Origin: Verrucomicrobiota bacterium
Lineage (GTDB): Bacteria; Verrucomicrobiota; Verrucomicrobiia; Opitutales; LL51
NCBI GenBank assembly: GCA_021294815.2
Contig: CP095464.1
Coordinates: 690,001-722,000 of the forward strand
Length of the DNA: 32,000 bases
Direction: 5' to 3'
Positions 18,128-25,497 of this stretch are shown in pieces. The position numbers were made by a program, and so were the translations under genes. Under the pieces are notes generated by a model that was given only the letters and a program-made list of their open reading frames with translations, was not told where the DNA came from and did no database searches. Within the stretch, counting starts at the first letter, position 1; each line of letters begins with the position of its first letter.

Positions 18128-19059
18128 TGCCGCAAAAGCTATGGATTTTGACGGGGTGTACCGCCGTTGGCAAAACGGCTTTATCGCTCGATCTCGCCAA
18201 GACACTCGATGCACCGATTTTGTCCTGCGACTCGGTACAAGTCTACCGTGGTGCTGACATTGGTTCTGCGAAAATTCCAGAAGCAGAGCGCGAAGGTATT
18301 CTTCACTATGGCCTCGATCTCTGTAATCCAGATCAGACCTTTAGCGTATCTGCTTATCAGGATTATGCCTTAACAATAGCTGCTTCGCTGAAAGGCAACT
18401 TACTCGTTGTTGGCGGTACAGGGTTTTATTTAAAATCTTTTTTCACTCCGGTAACCGATGCAATTGAGGTGCCTCAAGAGGTCCGTACGGAGGTCGAACA
18501 CTTTTATCAACAACAGGGATTAGCCGGGCTCCAACAGGAAGTTTTGCGCTATGGTCCCGTTGAAATGAATGCGTCCGATTGGAATAATCCGCGTCGCCTC
18601 TTATCGGTTTTAGGAAAACAGCGCGTAACCCAACAATCGCAAAAAGCCCTAAGACAGCAATTTCTACAGAAAAATCGAGATCCCTGGGAACGTTTTTCGA
18701 AAAAGGTGATTGTTTTAGAACGTCCACAAGCATCCCTAGACCAACGCATCGAGCAACGCGTCGAAGTGATGTTTCAAGCAGGATTTTTAGAGGAAGTAGC
18801 CTCGTTACGTGAGACTTATGGTGACCGTTTGTGTCCTCCCCTACGTAACGCAATTGGATATCGGGAGGCACTACAATTTCTTGAAAAAGAAGGGCATGAT
18901 CTCGAGAGATTGAAACAGGAAATTATCCACGCGACGCATCAATTGACGAAAAAACAAAAAACTTGGTTTCGAACACAAATACCAGTCGACCTACGCCTCG
19001 ACGTATCGCACGAAAGTTTTGACTTCCGGGATGTGATTTTTAACAAGGTGGGGCTATGA
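18127..19059 (+). CDS. miaA: tRNA dimethylallyltransferase
   Basis: It has the P-loop GCTAVGKTALS and SCDSVQVYRGADIGSAKIP. Length is 310 aa. The ATG shares one nt with the preceding stop (TAATG). Confidence 0.9.
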   Translation: MPQKLWILTGCTAVGKTALSLDLAKTLDAPILSCDSVQVYRGADIGSAKIPEAEREGILHYGLDLCNPDQTFSVSAYQDYALTIAASLKGNLLVVGGTGFYLKSFFTPVTDAIEVPQEVRTEVEHFYQQQGLAGLQQEVLRYGPVEMNASDWNNPRRLLSVLGKQRVTQQSQKALRQQFLQKNRDPWERFSKKVIVLERPQASLDQRIEQRVEVMFQAGFLEEVASLRETYGDRLCPPLRNAIGYREALQFLEKEGHDLERLKQEIIHATHQLTKKQKTWFRTQIPVDLRLDVSHESFDFRDVIFNKVGL

Positions 19060-19589
19060 GTTTAAAAATTGCCGAATTCGGCGTTGGACTTGTTTTATTG
19101 ATCATCGGACTTGCGTTCATCTTTAACACAGAGGGGTATGGGCGCGGTTTGCGCAAATTTATACGCTCTTCAACGGCCGGTACGGTGACATTTTCAGCTG
19201 CAGGACTCTGGTTTTTAGGGCATGTTGCAACGCTCGGAGAATCCGATTTTGGGCGCTATAAGTGGCTCTTTTTTGCGTTTTTCACATTTATTATCATTGT
19301 CACATTACAGAAACTGCGTGATTTTCTTGCGGTGCGCGGATCGGCTGTTTTAGCGCTCCTAACGTCGAATGAGCTTCTCAAAGCGGCTTTTTTACAACCC
19401 CAGGAATCGCGACTTGTTCTTGTTACGTTCGTGTATGGAATGATTGTTTCGGGGATGATTTTCGGCGGATGGCCCTACAAGGCACGGGAGGCATTAGATT
19501 TCATTTACGCGAGTACGGCGCGCGCTCGGTTTTTGGGCATTTTGACAGCAGGCTACGGTCTATTGGTTTTGAGTACTTTATTTTGGTAA
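19056..19589 (+). CDS. hypothetical polytopic membrane protein (about 5 hydrophobic helices)
   Basis: The 177-aa ORF is translationally coupled to miaA (ATGA overlap) and ends 4 nt before argS. Hydrophobic segments include GVGLVLLIIGLAFIF, FSAAGLWFLGHVA, WLFFAFFTFIIIV, LVLVTFVYGMIVSGMIFGG and FLGILTAGYGLLVLSTLFW. I recognise no family. Confidence 0.55.
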   Translation: MSLKIAEFGVGLVLLIIGLAFIFNTEGYGRGLRKFIRSSTAGTVTFSAAGLWFLGHVATLGESDFGRYKWLFFAFFTFIIIVTLQKLRDFLAVRGSAVLALLTSNELLKAAFLQPQESRLVLVTFVYGMIVSGMIFGGWPYKAREALDFIYASTARARFLGILTAGYGLLVLSTLFW

Positions 19590-19593
19590 AGCG

Positions 19594-21336
19594 ATGGAAT
19601 CCGATTGGCTCGATGTACGAGCGAAACTAGCCGATTTGTTTTTGAAAGCAGCGTTACGGACGGGGACTTTCGATAAGAGTTTTGATCCGGAATTACGCAT
19701 TTCGGAGCCGAGATTTGGTGATTTTCAAGTCAATGGTGTTTTAGGTTTCGCGAAAAGACAGAAGCAAAACCCGAAGAAGTTAGGGGAGGTGCTACTTGCG
19801 GTGGCACTTGAAGATCCCGCATTAAACACACGGTGTACATTGGAGCTTTCTGGTCCGGGGTTTATTAATATTCGTCTCAAGGCAGAGTTTTTATTCCAAT
19901 GGCTCCAGCAGTTTGTCGGCCGTTGTGAGCTCAATACGCTTGCGGGGCAGACGGTTGTGATCGATTATTCGAGTCCAAATACGGCGAAAGAGATGCATGT
20001 TGGCCATCTTCGCTCGATGATTATCGGTGAATCGATTCAGCGTCTTTTACGTTTTGCGGGCGCGAAGGTCATTCGTGACAATCACCTAGGCGATTGGGGA
20101 ACGCAATTTGGGATCCTCATTATGGCCGTAAAGCGGGCACACCTCGATATTACGCAATTGGCAACAGATGCCCTTGAGGCTTTTGAGCGCCTCTACCGCG
20201 AGGGCGTTGCGCTGACGCAACAGGATGCACAGGCCTTAGAACAAGCCCGTCAAGAACTGGTTAAACTTCAACAGGGTGATCCAGAAAATCTAGCGATTTG
20301 GCAGAAAATTAACGAAGCCTCTTACCGTTCGTTTGATGAAATTTACCGCCAGATGGGCGTCGCTTTTGATTATGTTTTAGGGGAATCATTCTATCGCGAC
20401 CGCGTCGATCGGATTTATACAGAGCTACAAGCAGTTGGATTAGCCGAGGAAAATGAGGGCGCTCTCGTGATTTTTCATCGGGAACACGAACGCTTTAAGG
20501 ATCAACCGTTTTTAATTCGAAAATCGGATAGTGCGTCGAATTATGCAACAACGGATCTTGCCGCTGTCTTGTACCGTGTTGAGGAATTCCATGCGGATGA
20601 GATCATATACGTGACGGATGGTCGGCAGCAGGACCACTTTCAGCAGCTCTTTTTATCCGTTGAGAAATGGTTTCAGAAAAAACACCGCTCGGTACCTGTT
20701 TTAAAGCATGTGTGGTTCGGAACGGTACTGGGGGAGGATGGTCGTGCGATTAAGACGCGCTCTGGAGATCCGGTAAAGCTTCGGCAGTTGATGGACGAAG
20801 CGATTCATTGGGCTTACGCAATGGTCGACAAAAAAAATCCTGAACTTGCTGAGTCCGAAAAGCAGGAGATTGCACGCGTAGTCGGCCTGAGTGCGATCAA
20901 GTACGCCGATTTATCGCAAAATCGGACGAATGATTACGTTTTTTCGTGGCAGAAAATGCTCGCGCCTGAAGGCAACACAGCACCTTATCTGCTTTATGCG
21001 GTGGCGCGCCTCAATGCGTTATTTCGCAAACTTGGCGTCGATCCGGAGCAACCCTCTATAGGAGCGATTACGACATCGGAAGAGCGTACACTTGCTTGCC
21101 AAATTATTGCATTTCCCAGCGTCGTTCGACAGGCTATTGATGATCTTCGTCCGCATTACTTATGCACCTATCTCTACAATTTAGCCAGCGAATTTTCGTC
21201 TTTCTACAACGCCAACCGCATTTTAGGAGAGGCAGATACCGTTCGGAATACCCGGTTATTGCTTTGCCAATTTACGCGCTATGTTCTTAAAACAGGATTG
21301 TCGCTGTTAGGCATCGAAACGATCGAAAAGATGTGA
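19594..21336 (+). CDS. argS: arginine--tRNA ligase
   Basis: 580 aa with the class-I signature SSPNTAKEMHVGHLRS and an ArgRS-typical N-terminal additional domain and C-terminal anticodon-binding (DALR-type) region. Confidence 0.95.
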   Translation: MESDWLDVRAKLADLFLKAALRTGTFDKSFDPELRISEPRFGDFQVNGVLGFAKRQKQNPKKLGEVLLAVALEDPALNTRCTLELSGPGFINIRLKAEFLFQWLQQFVGRCELNTLAGQTVVIDYSSPNTAKEMHVGHLRSMIIGESIQRLLRFAGAKVIRDNHLGDWGTQFGILIMAVKRAHLDITQLATDALEAFERLYREGVALTQQDAQALEQARQELVKLQQGDPENLAIWQKINEASYRSFDEIYRQMGVAFDYVLGESFYRDRVDRIYTELQAVGLAEENEGALVIFHREHERFKDQPFLIRKSDSASNYATTDLAAVLYRVEEFHADEIIYVTDGRQQDHFQQLFLSVEKWFQKKHRSVPVLKHVWFGTVLGEDGRAIKTRSGDPVKLRQLMDEAIHWAYAMVDKKNPELAESEKQEIARVVGLSAIKYADLSQNRTNDYVFSWQKMLAPEGNTAPYLLYAVARLNALFRKLGVDPEQPSIGAITTSEERTLACQIIAFPSVVRQAIDDLRPHYLCTYLYNLASEFSSFYNANRILGEADTVRNTRLLLCQFTRYVLKTGLSLLGIETIEKM

Positions 21337-22238
21337 TGTTGCTGTCCAGGGCAATCGAGCGCTTTTTTGTTTGTCTAGAGCTCGAAAAAGCGGCGGCTAA
21401 AAATACAATCGATGCGTATGAAAGCGATTTGCGGTTATTGCTAGCTTTTACGGGTGATATGGGGATCGCGGAGTTGTCCGCAGATCGTATTCGGAATTGG
21501 ATGGGAAAGATGCTGGAGTCAGGATATGCTCGGGCAAGCATGGCGCGCAAGCTGATTGCCGTTCATGCATTTTTACGTTTTTGCGTCCATGAGCAATGGA
21601 TTCGTGAGGACTTCGCAGAGGGTATTTTTCTTCCCAAACCGCAGCAACGTCTGCCGGAGACTCTAAATCTCCAAGAAATTGAAGCGATTTTCGCCGTACC
21701 GGATCAAAATACACCTGAGGGGCTCCGCGATTACGCAATGTTAGAGCTCATTTACAGCAGCGGTTTACGTATTTCTGAAGCCTGCAATCTAGAAATTCAA
21801 AATCTCAATCTTGAAGAGCACTTTATTCGCGTCGAAGGTAAAGGCAGTAAGGAGCGGTCGATTCCGTTAGGCACTCGGTCAATTGATGCGTTACGACGAT
21901 ATCTTGTTCAAGCACGGCCCTTGCTTATGAAAAAAACTACCGGAAGTGCACTCTTTTTAAGCCGTCGCGGTGGACCGATTTCTCGTAAAACATTTTGGGC
22001 TAAGCTCAAAGATTACGCTTCGCGTGCCGGGGTAATGAAAAATACAAAACCCCATATGCTACGCCATTCTTTTGCGACACATCTCTTAGAGCACGGGGCC
22101 GATCTACGTGTCATTCAGGAAATGCTGGGACATGCAAATATCGCGACGACCGAAATTTATACTCATGTAGATCAGCAGCGGTTGTTGCAACAGTATGAGC
22201 AATTTCATCCACGTGCACACCTCGATATTGATGATTAA
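21333..22238 (+). CDS. xerD: site-specific tyrosine recombinase, XerD-like
   Basis: The catalytic region is LRHSFATHLLEHGADLRVIQEMLGHANIATTEIYTHV. The N-terminal LEKAAAKNTIDAYESDL resembles XerD (LEKNLAENTLNAYRRDL) more than XerC. The first codon is GTG at 21333, followed by ATG at 21336. Confidence 0.85.
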   Translation: MMLLSRAIERFFVCLELEKAAAKNTIDAYESDLRLLLAFTGDMGIAELSADRIRNWMGKMLESGYARASMARKLIAVHAFLRFCVHEQWIREDFAEGIFLPKPQQRLPETLNLQEIEAIFAVPDQNTPEGLRDYAMLELIYSSGLRISEACNLEIQNLNLEEHFIRVEGKGSKERSIPLGTRSIDALRRYLVQARPLLMKKTTGSALFLSRRGGPISRKTFWAKLKDYASRAGVMKNTKPHMLRHSFATHLLEHGADLRVIQEMLGHANIATTEIYTHVDQQRLLQQYEQFHPRAHLDIDD

Positions 22239-22669
22239 ATTCTGAGCGGTTCTGGGGCTTCGCAGGCAATTTGAATTTGCGAACAACCAGATTTTTTCAG
22301 AATATCGAAAACCGCCACAACGGATTGTAATGGCGCCCATGCGTCGGCTAAAACAAGGATGGTAACATTTTTTGACGGTTGGCGACTGAGGAAGCGGCGA
22401 ACAATGGGTTCGAGATGATCAATTTTGACTCGTTTCCCATCAAAAATAACCATGTTGTTGATGCCGAGATTGAGCACACCAGTGGTTGCCTGTAGACTTT
22501 GATGTTCGGTTTGTGGCAATTGGATTGTAATGCCGGGCGAACCGACAAAGCGTGAACCTAAAAGCGAGAGCCCAAAAATAAAGAGCAGAACCGCGATAAT
22601 TGCATTGGTGTCGGCGGTGGCGCGTGGCTTTTCGAGATTCGATTGTGACTGAAAATTGCGAAGTGGCAT
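22235..22669 (-). CDS. ExbD/TolR family biopolymer transport protein
   Basis: The track ORF extends to 22717. I prefer the ATG at 22669-22667, which shares one nt with the exbB stop (TAATG). The product MPLRNF...TNAIIAVLLFIFGLSLL...GITIQLPQTE has a single N-terminal TM helix plus a periplasmic domain, as in ExbD/TolR. Confidence 0.8.
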   Translation of the reverse strand: MPLRNFQSQSNLEKPRATADTNAIIAVLLFIFGLSLLGSRFVGSPGITIQLPQTEHQSLQATTGVLNLGINNMVIFDGKRVKIDHLEPIVRRFLSRQPSKNVTILVLADAWAPLQSVVAVFDILKKSGCSQIQIACEAPEPLRI

Positions 22670-23340
22670 TATTTCTTCCCGACAAATACGAGTTGAAGGC
22701 ACTCGTTGTACGTCCACTCGAGCTGGTAAATAATCGCTTGCACCTTCCCGTAGAGAAATGTGTAGGCGATGTTAGCAAACGCACTAATGGCAAGACTTGT
22801 AATGATCAGCAGCATTCCGCTAGTGATTGTGTCAGCAAAAATGTCTGAGTTCGTGTAGGTTAAACCCGATATTTGTAGTGTTTTGAATGCGGTGTAAAAG
22901 GACAACACAATGCTAATCATCCCGACAAGAGGCGCAATCTTAGCGATGGTCAGAATGGGTAAAATACGTCGTTCACAGCGGGGAATTTCGAGTAATGCAG
23001 AGGCCTTAATGCGGGCCTTGAGTTCGCTGCCGGGGAGTTCGCGATCCATGAGAGCGGTGCGGATAATGTTGGCTGCGGGAGAGCCTTCTTGTTCGCAGAG
23101 ATCGATGGCTTCAGCGACTTTTCCCGAAGAAAGAAGATTCCGAATGCCTTCGAAAAAGATCGTTACGTCGATGTTGTAACGTCGAAAGAAGAGGAGTCGT
23201 TCGAGTGTTAGAATAGTTCCGATGGCGGCGAGGAGCCATAAAAATCCCATAGCGCCGTAACCGAGTGAGAAAAAATGCCACGAAAATAACGACATCGCCT
23301 TATCTTTCTCCGAAGAAATCAATCCTGAAAACGGAGACAA
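22669..23340 (-). CDS. MotA/TolQ/ExbB family proton-channel protein
   Basis: 223 aa with three hydrophobic helices and the conserved C-terminal half (ILTIAKIAPLVGMI...ITSGMLLIITSLAISAFANIAYTF). An internal ATG at 23295 is a possible alternative start. Confidence 0.85.
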   Translation of the reverse strand: MSPFSGLISSEKDKAMSLFSWHFFSLGYGAMGFLWLLAAIGTILTLERLLFFRRYNIDVTIFFEGIRNLLSSGKVAEAIDLCEQEGSPAANIIRTALMDRELPGSELKARIKASALLEIPRCERRILPILTIAKIAPLVGMISIVLSFYTAFKTLQISGLTYTNSDIFADTITSGMLLIITSLAISAFANIAYTFLYGKVQAIIYQLEWTYNECLQLVFVGKK

Positions 23341-23363
23341 GTTTCAAAAATTAATGTTTTGAT

Positions 23364-24545
23364 TTAGCGGAATTTCTCACCGAGTTCATCCGGTGTAATG
23401 TGTTGTTGGCCTTCGGGCATGAGGGCAACAATGCTTTCGCAGACATTTTTGAGTTCGCGAACGTTTCCGGGCCAGCTATATTTTTTGAGAAAATAAAAGA
23501 CGCGATCTTCGATGGTGAGGTCGGCTAATTGGTTTTCTCGACAAAAATAGTGGATGTAGTGCGTGAAGAGCAGCGGAATATCCTCCGGACGTTCGCGTAG
23601 GGGAGGCGATTTGAGCTCCAGGACGTCGAGGCGGTAGTAGAGATCTTCGCGGAAGGTCCCTTCCCGGACCATGTGGGCAAGATTTTTATTGGTCGCGGCG
23701 ATAATTCGAACGTCAATGTCACGTGTTTTATTGCTGCCGATTCGTTCGAGTGATTTGGTCTCGAGAAAGCGAAGGAGTTTGACCTGAATGTTGGCATCAA
23801 TTTCGCCGATTTCGTCTAAAAAAAGTGTACCGTGATTCGCGGCTTCGAATTTCCCGATACGCGCTTCCGTAGCGCCTGTAAAAGCACCTTTTTCATGACC
23901 GAATAATTCGCTTTCGAGGAGTAGGGGGGGCAGTGCAGCACAGTGGACAGTAATTAGGGGGCCTTGAGCGCGTGAACTGGATTGGTGGATCGTTTGGGCT
24001 AAGACTTCTTTACCCGTGCCCGTTTCGCCGTAAATGAGGACGTTAGCGCGGTTGTTCGCGATCTTTTTGGCATTTTCAAGGACCTGGTAGAAAGGTGAAT
24101 TCGGTGCTGCAATGACCGTTAAGGATGGAGGAAGCGTTTCACTTTTTGTCGAAGATTCTAGTTTAAATTCCGTTTTTGAGAGAGGAGCTTGTTCAACCGC
24201 TTGTTTGAGGGTAATTTTGAGCTTTTGGAAGTTTAGGGGTTTGGTGACAAAGTCAAATGCGCCACAGCGCATTGCCGTGACGGCAGTGTCGACATCCCCA
24301 AAGGCAGTCATCATAATGCAGGGAATATTTTTTTTCGCAGCCGCTTGAATAATAGTGAAACCGGAGGTATTGCCCCCGAGACGGAGGTCGGTGATGATGA
24401 CGGAAAAGGTTTGTTTTTGTAAAATCTCGAGCGCTTCTTCGACACCTGATGCGAGTGAAACGGTGTAGTCCGAACTTAAGAGGCGTTTTAGAACCTCACG
24501 GGTATTTTTTTCATCGTCGACAATCAGTAACGGATAGGCCGTCAT
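23364..24545 (-). CDS. sigma-54-dependent response regulator (REC plus AAA+), lacking a C-terminal HTH DNA-binding domain
   Basis: REC features: LLIVDDE, IITDLRL, MMTAFG, VTKP. AAA+ features: Walker A GETGTGKE, the GAFTGA loop, Walker B LFLDEIGE, and GNVRELKN. The protein ends 28 aa after GNVREL (393 aa in total). Confidence 0.9.
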   Translation of the reverse strand: MTAYPLLIVDDEKNTREVLKRLLSSDYTVSLASGVEEALEILQKQTFSVIITDLRLGGNTSGFTIIQAAAKKNIPCIMMTAFGDVDTAVTAMRCGAFDFVTKPLNFQKLKITLKQAVEQAPLSKTEFKLESSTKSETLPPSLTVIAAPNSPFYQVLENAKKIANNRANVLIYGETGTGKEVLAQTIHQSSSRAQGPLITVHCAALPPLLLESELFGHEKGAFTGATEARIGKFEAANHGTLFLDEIGEIDANIQVKLLRFLETKSLERIGSNKTRDIDVRIIAATNKNLAHMVREGTFREDLYYRLDVLELKSPPLRERPEDIPLLFTHYIHYFCRENQLADLTIEDRVFYFLKKYSWPGNVRELKNVCESIVALMPEGQQHITPDELGEKFR

Positions 24546-25204
24546 AAAGCGTCATCGTCCTCCGATTCCTGGTTTTTGCAAGACTCCATTACCTTAATCC
24601 AAACCTCGCGGAGATCAAAACACGCAATAAGAGCATCGTGAAAAACAACATTGATTTTTAGCGTTTCTTTGGGGATTTTTTGAATGATATCCATGGTAAG
24701 ATTGAGAATCTGGAGGGCATTTTTGAAGTGGCAAACCGCTAAAAAGTCATCGCCAGCATCCATACAGGAAATCCCAAAGAGTGCACTCCGTTCACCGTTA
24801 TTGAGAAGTTGCGCGTAGGTCCAACAGAGTTTGACGTCCGTCGTTTTGGAGCTCTCGAGATAAATTTCCCAGTTTTTGGTGAGAAAATGGTACAGTCCGC
24901 GGGTAATCGTGGTTACCGGATGGGTATGGATCGTATTGGGTTCTTTGGCGTCATGAAAGATTTTTTTGACAAAAGAGGCGTCGTCTTCTCCCTTGACCCA
25001 CCCCATCTGTAGCGCGATGTGATCCATATGGTTGACAATATTACGTGATGAGACGAAGAGGTTTAAAAATAAGGAGACCTGAAGATCGTTTTTCGCAATA
25101 TACTGTTTCCAATCCTTTTCCGACCAAGTCGCGTTAAAATCCTCTTCATCATCGAAACGATAGGCATCATCGAAGTCGCTCATGGCATCACAACCTAAGC
25201 ACAA
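24542..25204 (-). CDS. hypothetical cytosolic protein with acidic termini, rich in His and Cys
   Basis: The ORF is on the same strand as the regulator and overlaps its start (ATGA at 24542-24545). The likely start is the ATG at 25183 (MSDFDDAYRFDDEEDF...), since the track start at 25204 is TTG. It has no TM segment, no H-box or ATPase motif of a histidine kinase, and no family I recognise. Confidence 0.6.
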   Translation of the reverse strand: MCLGCDAMSDFDDAYRFDDEEDFNATWSEKDWKQYIAKNDLQVSLFLNLFVSSRNIVNHMDHIALQMGWVKGEDDASFVKKIFHDAKEPNTIHTHPVTTITRGLYHFLTKNWEIYLESSKTTDVKLCWTYAQLLNNGERSALFGISCMDAGDDFLAVCHFKNALQILNLTMDIIQKIPKETLKINVVFHDALIACFDLREVWIKVMESCKNQESEDDDAL

Positions 25205-25312
25205 ATACCCTTTTTGACTAGCAAAATCCAGGAGGCATTAAGTTCGAAAACGACGATTGGGAAAAATCGTGGGAATACTCGCCTAATACCACAATGTCCC
25301 GCCCATGGTGGG

Positions 25313-25383
25313 TGCAGGCAGAGGGGGTCGAACCCTCGATTCAAGCTTGGGAAGCTCGCGTATTACCGCTATACTATGCCTGC
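25313..25383 (-). tRNA. tRNA-Gly (anticodon CCC), CCA not encoded
   Basis: The reverse complement folds by hand as GCAGGCA-TA-GTAT-AGCGGTA-ATAC-G-CGAGC-TTCCCAA-GCTTG-AATC-GAGGG-TTCGACC-CCCTC-TGCCTGC-A (71 nt). The next bases are CCC, not CCA. Confidence 0.85.
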
Positions 25384-25474
25384 GTGCCTCCAGCCGTAGA
25401 ACTTGCAGTGTGAAAGGCAAGTCTAATCGCCTATGAACTCGCGGAGCCGATTATATTCTTGCTAAATCAGGGGG

Positions 25475-25483
25475 TGTTACAAT
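25475..25483 (+). promoter_or_regulatory. candidate extended -10 promoter element (TGtTACAAT) for the protease gene
   Basis: TGTTACAAT lies 15-20 nt upstream of the start codon region (25498/25501). No good -35 is present (ATTCTT). This is a pattern match only. Confidence 0.25.
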
Positions 25484-25497
25484 AATCCCGCGTTTAT

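Noticed and set aside
21333-22238. Tyrosine recombinase, together with the nearby tRNA-Gly and tRNA-Val genes, considered as a sign of an integrated mobile element or genomic island
   Set aside because: The recombinase has XerD-type N- and C-terminal signatures and sits in a housekeeping operon coupled to argS. I saw no direct repeats of tRNA 3' ends and no phage, transposase or cargo genes. All flanking genes are core functions.
22670-22717. Longer exbD start at 22717, giving a 49-nt overlap with exbB
   Set aside because: The internal ATG at 22669 gives a canonical TAATG stop-start coupling and an ExbD-like N-terminus. The extra 16 residues (MDVQRVPSTRICREEI) have no counterpart in the family.
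25253-25270. Hairpin ACGATT-N6-AATCGT followed by TTTT on the minus strand, downstream of tRNA-Gly and upstream of the regulator operon
   Set aside because: The stem is 6 bp and AT-rich, so stability is marginal. It could be a weak tRNA terminator, but I cannot support that without energy calculations or 3'-end data.
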